A stretch of 38,350 nucleotides of DNA, from the NCBI GenBank assembly GCA_902796175.1, contig CADBOC010000200.1:1-38350 (forward strand), in the 5' to 3' direction. The position numbers and the translations under genes were made by a program. Below are positions 1-9,878 of this stretch, piece after piece (the first letter of the stretch is position 1; each line of letters starts with the position of its first letter). Source of the DNA: Oscillospiraceae bacterium (GTDB lineage: Bacteria > Bacillota > Clostridia > Oscillospirales > Acutalibacteraceae). The notes beneath the pieces are model-generated. The model saw nothing but the letters and a program-made list of their open reading frames with translations, was not told the DNA's origin and ran no database searches.

Positions 1-130
1 GATTGTAACGCCTGCCGATTTCGCCCTGCGGGCGACGGCAATGGCGAATGCGAAAGCGCTCTGCGCTGCGGCGCAGCCGCTTTCTTGCTGCTTTCTGAAA
101 GGCCGGGCGGGAAACGGGATCCGATCCCGG

Positions 131-562
131 TTATCGGCGGATAAACGCGCGAAGGCCCATAAAAACGCCCGCAAGCGCCAGCACGGCGCCGATGACGATC
201 ATGATGACGGAATTGCCCGTCACGTTCTTTTCCGCAAAGTTCTCGGGATTTGAGGACTGGTAGAGGATCTCAAGCTCATCGCCCTTTTTCATGGAGCTGC
301 TGTAGCCCGGATATTCCCGGTTCTCATACTTTTTGCCGTCGACCTCGTAATCGACGTAGACCTTGTAGTCGTAGGTATCGAAACCGTCCTCATCCGTACC
401 CGTCCATTCTCGCTCAATGCCGACGATCACAGCCTTGGTCGAAGCGTCGTACAGACGCCGCGACTGCAGCTTTTTGACGCCGGCCACGATGAGGATAACG
501 GCAAAGACCGCCATCACAATGGGAAATACGAATTTAAGGATCCTGTTCAGAATCGTACGCAT
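131..562 (-). CDS. small two-TM membrane protein, DUF3592-like
   Basis: 143-aa ORF with ATG at 562 preceded by AGGAGAGA. Hydrophobic helices at both ends (FVFPIVMAVFAVILIVAGV and VIMIVIGAVLALAGVFMGL) flank a soluble segment containing YKVYVDYEVDGKKY...GDELEILY..NP, a pattern I associate with DUF3592. Confidence 0.7.
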   Translation of the reverse strand: MRTILNRILKFVFPIVMAVFAVILIVAGVKKLQSRRLYDASTKAVIVGIEREWTGTDEDGFDTYDYKVYVDYEVDGKKYENREYPGYSSSMKKGDELEILYQSSNPENFAEKNVTGNSVIMIVIGAVLALAGVFMGLRAFIRR

Positions 563-597
563 GTTTTTATCTCTCCTGTTCTTTTCTGTCTGCCTTC

Positions 598-606
598 AGT
601 ATAACA
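598..606 (-). promoter_or_regulatory. candidate extended -10 promoter (TGtTATACT) for the DUF3592-like gene
   Basis: Minus-strand TGTTATACT about 35 nt upstream of the ATG at 562. No convincing -35. Confidence 0.3.
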
Positions 607-659
607 TATCCGCGCCAAAAAAGGAATACTTTTTTTGAAAATGCAGAGCCGGAGGCGGA

Positions 660-2834
660 TCAATCGCGCGCGGCGGGACTCAACTCATACGCGCCGCCGG
701 GAACAGTCTCCAGCATGAGATCGCCCGCCGCATCCCGGCAAAGCGGCAGAGGCCGCCCTTCGTGTACCGCCTCGACCGCGCCCTGCCACGGGGGGACGAG
801 CTTCAGCGTACCGCCCTTTTCGCTGACGATACGCACGTTTTCGATCACGCCGTCCTTCAGAGAGGCGCTGACGAGGAACGCGCCGTAAACGCGCAGGTTT
901 TCGAAGGCGGCGTCCTCCGAACGGTCCCACACGGGGAACAGACGCAGCCGGCCGGCGTAATTCTGCGCCAGCATATCGTTGACGGCGGATGGCACCGCGC
1001 TGCAGCATTCGATCCCGCCGCCGCCGTAATAGACGAAGCCGTTCGGATAAGCGTGCGTTCTGAGCTGTTGCTCCATATGCCGCAGGATCTCGCCGGGATC
1101 CGCGCCGAGCCTGACCGCCGCGGTGTAGAACGTAGGGAAGGCGTTGTAATCCTCCCACCGCGCCATCACGGCGAGCGTATCCCGCAGGAGCTTCAGCGTC
1201 GCGGGATCGCTGTCGAGCCCTTCGACCCCGGCGGGAAAGGCGGACTGGATGCCGAGGCTGTTGTCGTCGCACCAGGCTCTCCCTTTTTCCGTATAGCGCA
1301 GCACGGTGCGGCCTCCCCGCTTCTGGGTGGTATAGCCGGGGAGATGCGCCAGCATATACTCCCATTTTTCGCGTCTGTCTTCGTCGCGGCCGAGCGCGCG
1401 GCTCATGTCGATCAGGGCTCTGAGCGTCATGCGGATCAGGGCGATGCTGACAACGGGGTTCAGATCCGGCTTTACGCTGCGGTTCCCCTTCCAATCCCGT
1501 TCCACGGCGTGGTCGCCGACGTCGCCCTCCTCATGGATAAAGTCGTTCTTATCCATATAGCGGCCGTTTTCAAAGACAAGGTAATCCTCCCAGAAATCGA
1601 TCACGGCAAGCAGATACGGATAAGCGCGCTCCTCGAGATACCGGCGGTCAAGCGTGGAATAATACCGCATGATAAAATTGACGGCGGCGTAGCTCGCGTT
1701 GGATTTCTGCCCCCAGTAAGGACGCTGCTCATTCGGAGAGCCGTCCGGGCGGAACATGGCTGAGACCTCATAACCGAAGGGGCCGACGCCGACCTTGGAA
1801 TACAGGCCGCGGCAGTTCAGCTGCGTTCGGGCGTTTTCCCGCGCTTTATCCATATATTCAAGCACAGGCCGGTCGTACGCGTCCGCAAGGTCGATGCGAT
1901 TGGAGCTGTATAAACCCCAGAAAGGCGCTTCGTGATTATAGTTCAGGTGATAATCTCCGCCCCAGTTCGGATGATCGGAGGTCAGAAAATTCCCGAAGAT
2001 GCCGGGCGCGAATTTATCCCTGTCGCAGCAGCAGGCAAGGATATAGTGGGAGAGGTACCAGATCCGCTCGATCTCGGGACGATCCGGCAGACACACAGAA
2101 GAGGTCTGCCAGAATCCGTTCCACCAGCGGGCGTTCGCCGTCTCGAGCGCTTCGGCCCCGGCGGGGGTCATGCCGCCTGCGCGCGAGACCGCCGCCGCCG
2201 CGGGATCGGGCGCTTCGTTCTCTGTAACGAGGGCGACGGCGAAGCAGACAGACTGCCCCGCGGCAAGAACGCCTTCGGCGCCGCCGTCCAGACCGCGAAG
2301 CGCCGAGGCGCAGCGGGAATCACGGTCCATCTCTTTCCCTTCGTAGGATTTTACGACGAGCAGCGTATCCGCCGCCGTTTCGCGGCGGACGGAGCACAGG
2401 GGATCCTCAGACAGCGCGTCGGGAGAAACGCGGTACGGCAGCTCGCCCGCTTCACAGCCGATACGCAGGATCAGGACCCCTTCGCCGCGCGGCGCGGAAA
2501 GCGAAAGCGCCCCCCTTGTTTCCCCGTTTTCGTACCGCATACCGATGCGCCCGACACGGGCGTCCTGCCAGAGCGCCGCCTCGCCGCCGCCGAACCCCGG
2601 CAGATCGACGGTAAGAAGAGCGGCGCTCTTCATACCGCCGCCCTTTTGCGCGGGGCGGTAGCACCAGAAATCATTTTTCGACAGCCAGAAGCGCGCTCCG
2701 GCGGCGGTCAGATCCATCACGGCGCCGATATCCCCGTTTCCGCAGACAGGCCCGTTCGGTACGGCCTGGTTGGGCGTATTCGGAACAAACGCCCCGAATT
2801 CCGTAAATAAGTTCCGTTTCTCTTTTTGCAGCAT
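660..2834 (-). CDS. cytoplasmic (alpha/alpha)6-type glycoside hydrolase, distantly GH95-like
   Basis: The ORF extends to 2894, but the ATG at 2834 (MLQKEK...) has a perfect SD (GGAGGCAAAAATG). No signal peptide. The segment PGIFGNFLTSDHPNWGGDYHLNYNHEAPFW parallels the GH95 block PANLQGVW...NPWNADYHTNINLQMNYW found in the ORF at 33021. Confidence 0.6.
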   Translation of the reverse strand: MLQKEKRNLFTEFGAFVPNTPNQAVPNGPVCGNGDIGAVMDLTAAGARFWLSKNDFWCYRPAQKGGGMKSAALLTVDLPGFGGGEAALWQDARVGRIGMRYENGETRGALSLSAPRGEGVLILRIGCEAGELPYRVSPDALSEDPLCSVRRETAADTLLVVKSYEGKEMDRDSRCASALRGLDGGAEGVLAAGQSVCFAVALVTENEAPDPAAAAVSRAGGMTPAGAEALETANARWWNGFWQTSSVCLPDRPEIERIWYLSHYILACCCDRDKFAPGIFGNFLTSDHPNWGGDYHLNYNHEAPFWGLYSSNRIDLADAYDRPVLEYMDKARENARTQLNCRGLYSKVGVGPFGYEVSAMFRPDGSPNEQRPYWGQKSNASYAAVNFIMRYYSTLDRRYLEERAYPYLLAVIDFWEDYLVFENGRYMDKNDFIHEEGDVGDHAVERDWKGNRSVKPDLNPVVSIALIRMTLRALIDMSRALGRDEDRREKWEYMLAHLPGYTTQKRGGRTVLRYTEKGRAWCDDNSLGIQSAFPAGVEGLDSDPATLKLLRDTLAVMARWEDYNAFPTFYTAAVRLGADPGEILRHMEQQLRTHAYPNGFVYYGGGGIECCSAVPSAVNDMLAQNYAGRLRLFPVWDRSEDAAFENLRVYGAFLVSASLKDGVIENVRIVSEKGGTLKLVPPWQGAVEAVHEGRPLPLCRDAAGDLMLETVPGGAYELSPAARD

Positions 2835-2865
2835 TTTTGCCTCCGTATTTTTTTTGTACGGCAAC

Positions 2866-2894
2866 ATAGTAACATGAAGCGCCGGAAAATGCAA
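2866..2894 (-). promoter_or_regulatory. candidate sigma-A promoter TTGCAT-17-TACTAT (with TGt extension) for the GH95-like gene
   Basis: Read on the minus strand: -35 at 2894..2889, -10 at 2871..2866, spacer 17 nt. Lies between the MATE stop (2908) and the GH start (2834). Confidence 0.45.
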
Positions 2895-2907
2895 GACTCC
2901 GGGAGCC

Positions 2908-4326
2908 TCAGGCAGCGGCTTTGTTGCGAGACGGGGCAGACGCGTTCAGGCTGCGGTAGGTCAGGATCAGCACAGCGGCCGTGATCACGGCGGTCAGGAT
3001 ATCCGATACCGGCATGGAATACAGTACGCCGTCAAGCCCGAAAAAGCGCGGCAGCAGCAGAGCGAAGCCGACGCCGAATACGATCTCTCTGACCATGGAG
3101 AGCATGGTGGAGGCCCCCGCTCTGCCCATCGCCTGCATAAAGATGAACGCCGCCTTATTCACGCAGGCAGGGACCAGCATAGACAGATAGATCCGGAACG
3201 CTTTCACGGCGAACGCCGTATAGTACCCGCTTTCATTCGCCGCGCCGAACAGACGGATGAGCGCGCCGGGGAAGCATTCCGCAATAAACAGCGAAACGGC
3301 GCCGACGGCGGCTTCCGCCAGAAGCAGACGGGTCAGGATCCCTTTTACGCGGCCGTTTGCCCGCGCCCCCATGTTATACCCCACGATCGGTATGCAGCCC
3401 GCCGCCATGCCGATCACGACCGAAATGACGATCTGAAAGAACTTCATCACGATGCCGACGACCGCCATCGGGATCTGGGCGTACCGGGTCTGCCCGAAAA
3501 CGGGATCGAGCGCGCCGTACCGGCGGATCATATTGTTGATCGCCATCATGGCGGCTACGAGCGAGAGCTGCGCCAGAAAACTGCATACGCCGAGAGAGAG
3601 CATTCGGGCGAGCAGCCGTGCGTTCAGTTTAAGATCGGCGGCGCGCGGCTTTACGAGCTTTGCGCGGACGAGATACGCCGCCGCCATCACGGCGACGACG
3701 ACCTGGCCCGCCACGGTGGCGACGGCCGCGCCCTTCATCCCCCACCTGAGCCCGAGAATAAAGACCGGATCCAGAATCAGGTTGACCGCTGCGCCGGCGG
3801 CGGTGGAGATCATGGCAAAAACAGGACTGCCGTCTGCCCGGATGACGGGGTTCATCGCCTGCCCGAACATATAAAACGGAACGCCGAGGGCGATCCAGAA
3901 GAAATACTCTTTTGCCATCGCGAAGGTCGTTTCGTTCACGTTCGCGCCGAAGGCTTTGAGAAGCTTATCCGCGAAGAGCAGATAGACCGCCGTGAGCGCT
4001 GCGCTCGCAATGAGACAGACGGCGACGGCGTTCCCGACGCCCCTGGACGCGTTTTCGGTCTTTTTTTCTCCCATCGAAATGCTGACGAAGGCGCAGGCGC
4101 CGTCCCCGATCATCACGGCGACGCCCAGCGCGATGACGGTCAGCGGGAACACCGCCGTGTTCGCGGCGTTGCCGTTGGAGCCGAGATAGGCGGCGTTCGC
4201 GATGAACACCTGGTCCACAATGTTGTAGAGCGCCCCCACCAGCAGCGAGACGACGCAGGGCAGCGCGTATCTGAGCATGAGCTTACCGGGCTTTTCCGTG
4301 CCGAGGGCGGTATGTGCGTTTTTCAT
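2908..4326 (-). CDS. MATE family efflux transporter
   Basis: About 472 aa and 12 predicted TM helices. N-terminus GKLMLRYALPCVVSLLVGALYNIVDQVFI is typical of MATE. The ATG at 4326 (MKNAH) is preceded by GGAGGATCAG; the ORF track start at 4338 has no SD. Confidence 0.9.
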   Translation of the reverse strand: MKNAHTALGTEKPGKLMLRYALPCVVSLLVGALYNIVDQVFIANAAYLGSNGNAANTAVFPLTVIALGVAVMIGDGACAFVSISMGEKKTENASRGVGNAVAVCLIASAALTAVYLLFADKLLKAFGANVNETTFAMAKEYFFWIALGVPFYMFGQAMNPVIRADGSPVFAMISTAAGAAVNLILDPVFILGLRWGMKGAAVATVAGQVVVAVMAAAYLVRAKLVKPRAADLKLNARLLARMLSLGVCSFLAQLSLVAAMMAINNMIRRYGALDPVFGQTRYAQIPMAVVGIVMKFFQIVISVVIGMAAGCIPIVGYNMGARANGRVKGILTRLLLAEAAVGAVSLFIAECFPGALIRLFGAANESGYYTAFAVKAFRIYLSMLVPACVNKAAFIFMQAMGRAGASTMLSMVREIVFGVGFALLLPRFFGLDGVLYSMPVSDILTAVITAAVLILTYRSLNASAPSRNKAAA

Positions 4327-4359
4327 CTGATCCTCCACAGGTTTCTTGTTTTCGGCGGC

Positions 4360-4402
4360 AAAAAAAGAAAGGCGTAAGATCCGTTTCAGCCGGACTTACA
4401 CC
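4360..4402 (-). terminator. intrinsic-terminator-like hairpin plus U-tract inside the MATE leader
   Basis: Minus-sense RNA is GGUGUAAGUCCG-GCUGAAA-CGGA(U)CUUACGCC followed by UUUCUUUUUUU. It contains a G.U pair that would be a C/A mismatch in the opposite sense. It ends about 34 nt upstream of the ATG at 4326. Confidence 0.5.
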
Positions 4403-4427
4403 TTTCGGGTCGCACACCGTGTTTTTT

Positions 4428-4456
4428 ATTATAGCAGTTCACGCGGAAAAACGCAA
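4428..4456 (-). promoter_or_regulatory. candidate sigma-A promoter TTGCGT-17-TATAAT upstream of the MATE gene
   Basis: Minus strand: -35 at 4456..4451, -10 at 4433..4428, spacer 17 nt. Confidence 0.45.
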
Positions 4457-4470
4457 AGGCAGTTTTCGCC

Positions 4471-4496
4471 AAAAAAACGGCGTTTTACGGCTCCGT
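4471..4496 (-). terminator. weak terminator-like hairpin after the ADP-ribosylglycohydrolase gene
   Basis: Minus-sense ACGGAG-CCGUAAAA-CGCCGU (one mismatch) followed by U7, starting 4 nt after the stop at 4500. Confidence 0.3.
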
Positions 4497-4499
4497 TTT

Positions 4500-5306
4500 T
4501 TACACGCGCCCGCCCGGCGTTATGCCGAACGCGGCCTCGAACGCGAAGAGCGTCTGCTTCTGAAACGGATCCAGAAACGGGAGCGCCGCCTCGCGCAGCC
4601 GAGCCGGCACGCCGAAATACGCCCCCGCGACGCCGCCCGCGATCGCGGCGATCGTATCGCTGTCACCGCCGAGGGAGACCGCGCCCCGCACGGCGTCTTC
4701 AAAATCCTCCGCTTCAAAAAACGCCTCCAGCGCCTGCGGCACAGACCCCTGACAGGATACGTCGAAGGTATACGTATCCCGAATGGAATCCAGCGTAAAA
4801 TCCAAAGGATAATAGTCTTCCGTGATCATACGGCGGATCTCCTTCTTATCCGCGCCGGCCCGCGCGAGATATACGGCGGCGGCGACGCTTTCGGCGCCGC
4901 GGATCCCCTCGGGATGGTCGTGGGTGACCGCCGTCACCGCGCGGGCGAACGCTTTCGCCTCTTCGAGAGAAGCGGCCGCGTATCCGCAGGGGGATACGCG
5001 CATGGCGGCGCCGTTGCCCCAGCTTTGATAGGGCTTCGGTTCCTTCGCCGTCAGCCAGTCGCAGAATCTGCCGCCGTACCCGGCGAAGGGATAGCGTCTG
5101 CCGAATTCCCGCATCGCGTTTACGGCGGCCTCCGCAAGCGGCAAAGAACGCCCGGCCCGATCCAGAAACGCCTTCGCGACAGCAAGCGTCATGACGGAAT
5201 CATCCGTCGGCCGGCAGTCCGCCGTAAAGAATTCAAATGATTTCGACTTACAGTTGTTCCACTCGAATCTGGAACCGGCGATATCGCCGATCAACGCGCC
5301 GATCAT
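4500..5306 (-). CDS. ADP-ribosylglycohydrolase family protein
   Basis: 268 aa. N-terminal IGALIGDIAGSRFEW, DDSVMTLA, and C-terminal GGDSDTIAAIAGGVAGAYFG metal-binding motif typical of the ARH/DraG fold. SD GGGAGG upstream of the ATG. Confidence 0.85.
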   Translation of the reverse strand: MIGALIGDIAGSRFEWNNCKSKSFEFFTADCRPTDDSVMTLAVAKAFLDRAGRSLPLAEAAVNAMREFGRRYPFAGYGGRFCDWLTAKEPKPYQSWGNGAAMRVSPCGYAAASLEEAKAFARAVTAVTHDHPEGIRGAESVAAAVYLARAGADKKEIRRMITEDYYPLDFTLDSIRDTYTFDVSCQGSVPQALEAFFEAEDFEDAVRGAVSLGGDSDTIAAIAGGVAGAYFGVPARLREAALPFLDPFQKQTLFAFEAAFGITPGGRV

Positions 5307-5374
5307 ACCGAGACCTCCCGCTTTTTCTGTTATGAGGGGCTTTTTTCCCTTGCCCCTTTGCGCTTCGATGAAAC

Positions 5375-5421
5375 GTCCCCGCGCCGCCCGTAGCTTTGCG
5401 GTACGGGCGCGGCGCGGGGAC
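5375..5421 (-). terminator. long GC-rich hairpin immediately after atpC (probable atp operon terminator)
   Basis: Minus-sense GUCCCCGCGCCGCGCCCGUA-loop-UACGGGCGGCGCGGGGAC (18 bp with a 2-nt bulge) begins 6 nt after the atpC stop. Only a short GUUU tail follows. Confidence 0.55.
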
Positions 5422-5427
5422 CTGGTT

Positions 5428-5817
5428 TTATTTCTTTCTTCGGATCTCCCCTACGATACGCGTTAAGTGGATCTCGCTCTTCCAATGCTCGCGCACGCTC
5501 TCATAGTCGCGTTTTCTCAGCCGTTCGAGCTCGGCCAGCGCCTTAGCGAGATCCTTCTCCTCCCGGCAGAAATCAACGTAAAGGTCAGCCCGGTTCCCGT
5601 AGACCTCCATAAATCCCTCGCTGCAGAGGTAGGTGATCCATTCGCCGCCGATCTTCAGCTTCAGCAGACCGTAATCGAGCGCGATCACACAGGGCATGTG
5701 GTTCGCCATAACGCCGATCTCGCCGTCAAGTCCCCGGCAGGTAAGCGCCTCGGCGCGCGTTTCGAGCGTCAGGCTTTTCGGGGTGTAGACCGATACGGCA
5801 AAGGTATGATCTTCCAT
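5428..5817 (-). CDS. atpC: F1 ATP synthase epsilon subunit
   Basis: 129 aa, last gene of the atp operon. Epsilon-like N-terminal beta domain (LTLETRAEALTCRGLDGEIGVMANHMP) followed by a C-terminal helical hairpin. Confidence 0.9.
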   Translation of the reverse strand: MEDHTFAVSVYTPKSLTLETRAEALTCRGLDGEIGVMANHMPCVIALDYGLLKLKIGGEWITYLCSEGFMEVYGNRADLYVDFCREEKDLAKALAELERLRKRDYESVREHWKSEIHLTRIVGEIRRKK

Positions 5818-5844
5818 ACGCGCCGCCTCCTGTTATTGCTCCGG

Positions 5845-7233
<1,389 letters not shown>

Positions 7234-8109
7234 TCAAATCCCTCTTTTCAGCAGCTGCGTCGCCGCCGCGATCTCTGTGATCTCATTCGTTATCGTAAGC
7301 TGGCGCACCGCGTTCATGCGGCCCTCGAGCGTACGCAGCATCTCGTCCGCGTTGTTGGTGGCGGACTGCATCGCGTCCATGCGCGCCGCGTTCTCGCTGG
7401 CGGAGGCCTGCACCAGAATGTTATACAGCAGCGCCGAACAGTACAGCGGCACGATGTGCTCGAACACCGACTCCGCCGACGGCTCGTAGAGCATTTCGTT
7501 CGGCCTGCCGCGCGAAGCGGAATCCGTAAAATCGCCCTGCAGCAGCGGCAGCATCCGCCTGCAAACCGGCGCGCGGTTCGCCGCCTTATACGGCGTATAG
7601 ATGATGAAGACCTCGTTCACCTCGTCCGTCACATACATATCGATCAGGGCCTTCGAGAGCTCCCGCGCCAGCGTAAGATCGGGATGCATGGAGGAACCGG
7701 GCAGCACGCGGTCGGGCCTCAAGCCTCTGGCTTTGAGATACTCTTCGCCCTCAAGCCCGAAGCAGTACAGCATGGAACCGGGCTTTTCCCGTTTGATCTG
7801 CGACGTGAGCGCCGCCAGGGCGTAATTGTAGTTGCCGCAAAGCCCCTTATCTCCCATGACCGAAAGATAGAGGGAGGTGCCCTTGGGCGAGACCTCCAGA
7901 TAGCGGTTGCGTATACCCGCGTCTTCGCTCATTTCAAGGATCTCGCGCATCGCGCCGCGAAGCGATTCGCGGTAGCGCAGACTGTATTCCATACCCGCGA
8001 GCGTCTTTTTGAGCATGGAGGTCGAGAGCAGGAACATGGCGTTCGTGATCTGACGCGTCTGTCTTACGCTTGCAAGATGCTGTTTTATATCGCTGAGACT
8101 TTCGCTCAC
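7234..8109 (-). CDS. atpG: F1 ATP synthase gamma subunit
   Basis: 291 aa. Gamma-type termini: IKQHLASVRQTRQITNAM and NAVRQLTITNEITEIAAA. Confidence 0.93.
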   Translation of the reverse strand: MSESLSDIKQHLASVRQTRQITNAMFLLSTSMLKKTLAGMEYSLRYRESLRGAMREILEMSEDAGIRNRYLEVSPKGTSLYLSVMGDKGLCGNYNYALAALTSQIKREKPGSMLYCFGLEGEEYLKARGLRPDRVLPGSSMHPDLTLARELSKALIDMYVTDEVNEVFIIYTPYKAANRAPVCRRMLPLLQGDFTDSASRGRPNEMLYEPSAESVFEHIVPLYCSALLYNILVQASASENAARMDAMQSATNNADEMLRTLEGRMNAVRQLTITNEITEIAAATQLLKRGI

Positions 8110-8137
8110 GCAGACGGCCTCCTTTTCTGTTTACGGT

Positions 8138-9634
8138 TTATTCGCTCCGTTCCGAAAACCGGCGCATCGCCTGCGTCAGCGCGTCGCGCACGCCGGCGTC
8201 CATTCTGCCGGTGCCGTCGATCGCGCGCTCGGCTTCGGGGCAGGCGGTATGCAGGAACGAAAGAAGGGCCTCGCCCGCTTCATTTATTTTTGCGGGATCG
8301 GTACCGTCAAAAACATTCTCATGATAGGCAAGCAGCAAAGCCGTCTCTTTGAACAGGCTTTTCGGCTTGCTTTTATCCTGTTTGAACAGGTTTACAAGCT
8401 GCTCGCCGCGCTGCAGCATACGTTTGGTGGACGCATCCAGATCGTTGCCGAAACGGGTGAACACCGCCATTTCACGGTACTGCGAAAGTTCGATGCGCAG
8501 CGTGCCCGAAACGTCCTTCATCGCGGGGTGCTGCGCGGCTCTGCCCACGCGCGAGACTGAAAGCCCCGTGTTTACGGCCGGGCGCACGTCGGCGTGGAAG
8601 AGCTCGCTCTCAAGGTAGATCTGCCCGTCCGTGATCGAGATGATGTTCGTCGGGATATAGGCGGAGATATTGCCCGCCATGGTCTCAACGATCGGCAGCG
8701 CCGTGATGCTGCCGCCGCCGCGCTCTTTCGACAGGCAGGCGCTGCGTTCCAGCAGGCGCGAATGCAGATAGAATACGTCGCCCGGGAACGCCTCGCGTCC
8801 CGGCGGACGCAGAAGAAGCAGACTCATGGTGCGGTACGCCACGGCGTGCTTCGAGAGATCGTCGTATACCACCAGCACGTCTTTTCCCTTTTGGGCGAAG
8901 GATTCCGCGATCGACGCGGCGGAATAAGGCGCAAGATACTGCATGGCGGGCGAATCCGCGGCGGACGCGCTGACCACGACCGTATAATCCATCGCCCCGG
9001 CGTTCGTCAGCGTCTGGATCACGCCGGCGACGGTGGAAGCTTTCTGCCCGATGGCGCAGTAGATGCAGATCACGCCCGACTCCCGCTGGTTCAAGATGCT
9101 GTCGAGCGCGATGGTGGTCTTGCCCGTCTGCCGGTCGCCGATGATCAGCTCCCGCTGGCCGCGGCCGATCGGGATCATGCTGTCAATGGCGAGGATGCCC
9201 GTCTCCATCGGCGTATCGACCGGTCTGCGGTCGATGATCGCGGGCGCGGGACGCTCCGCGGGCAGGTATGTTTCGGTTCTCAGCTCCCTGCCGTCAAGCG
9301 GACGGCCGATGGGATCGACCACACGGCCGAGCAGCGCGTCGCCCACCGGGGTTTCGGCTACGGTATCCGTGCCGCGCACGCCGTCGCCTACCCTTACGGA
9401 ATCCGCCGCGTCGAACAGCACCGCGCCGACGCCGTTTTCGGTCAGATCCAGCGCCATGCCGTAGACGCCGCCGTCAAACTCCAGCAGTTCGCCGTAAAGC
9501 CTGCCCGGCAGCCCCTCGATGCGTACCACGCCGTCGCCGACCTTCGAAACGCGGCCGCGCTGGTAGGTGATGGGCGCGGCGTGCCAGAGAGACAGCTGTT
9601 CTTTTAAGTGTGCGCTGATGTTTTTCAGCTCCAT
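8138..9634 (-). CDS. atpA: F1 ATP synthase alpha subunit
   Basis: 498 aa. Walker A GDRQTGKT, plus LVVYDDLSKHAVAYRTMSLLLLRPPGREAFPGDVFYLHSRLLER. Confidence 0.97.
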   Translation of the reverse strand: MELKNISAHLKEQLSLWHAAPITYQRGRVSKVGDGVVRIEGLPGRLYGELLEFDGGVYGMALDLTENGVGAVLFDAADSVRVGDGVRGTDTVAETPVGDALLGRVVDPIGRPLDGRELRTETYLPAERPAPAIIDRRPVDTPMETGILAIDSMIPIGRGQRELIIGDRQTGKTTIALDSILNQRESGVICIYCAIGQKASTVAGVIQTLTNAGAMDYTVVVSASAADSPAMQYLAPYSAASIAESFAQKGKDVLVVYDDLSKHAVAYRTMSLLLLRPPGREAFPGDVFYLHSRLLERSACLSKERGGGSITALPIVETMAGNISAYIPTNIISITDGQIYLESELFHADVRPAVNTGLSVSRVGRAAQHPAMKDVSGTLRIELSQYREMAVFTRFGNDLDASTKRMLQRGEQLVNLFKQDKSKPKSLFKETALLLAYHENVFDGTDPAKINEAGEALLSFLHTACPEAERAIDGTGRMDAGVRDALTQAMRRFSERSE

Positions 9635-9659
9635 AACGCGTTCCCCCTTTCGAGCGCCG

Positions 9660-9878
9660 TCAGCCGCAAAGGTGCCGACGGGCGTCCCTGAGAAGCGCGG
9701 AATAGCTCATATCGTAAACGCCCGCCTCCATCTGCAGAATAAAGCCGCCGATGATCGAGGGATCGTCCACGCGGGAAAAACCGACGTTGGCGCCGAAGCG
9801 CGCCCGCGCTTTGGTGCAGATGTATTCAAACGTCTCTTTCGTCGTTTCGGGGCGCACGGTGATCACACAGTGTTTCAT
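9660..9878 (-). CDS. atpH: ATP synthase delta (OSCP) subunit, C-terminal domain only (72 aa)
   Basis: The only ORF between atpF and atpA. Contains the delta C-terminal block VDDPSIIGGFILQMEAGVYDMSYSALL. Its ATG overlaps the atpF stop (ATGA at 9875..9878). It is less than half the usual delta length. Confidence 0.7.
   Translation of the reverse strand: MKHCVITVRPETTKETFEYICTKARARFGANVGFSRVDDPSIIGGFILQMEAGVYDMSYSALLRDARRHLCG

Noticed and set aside
41-253. 70-aa plus-strand ORF at the left edge, and the open frame 1..141.
   Set aside because: They overlap the 3' end of the well-supported DUF3592-like gene on the other strand. They have no SD and Arg/Ala-rich composition. I cannot support a gene at the extreme left edge.
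4360-4456. A guanidine/ykkC-type or other known riboswitch upstream of the MATE gene.
   Set aside because: Only about 20 nt separate the predicted TSS from the terminator stem, too short for a known aptamer. No ACGR tetraloops or other signature motifs are present. I kept it only as a generic leader-terminator observation.
4500-5306. The ADP-ribosylglycohydrolase as part of a toxin/antitoxin or ATP-synthase-regulating ADP-ribosylation system.
   Set aside because: No ADP-ribosyltransferase or macrodomain partner is in the window. A strong hairpin separates it from the atp operon. Adjacency alone does not support a functional link.
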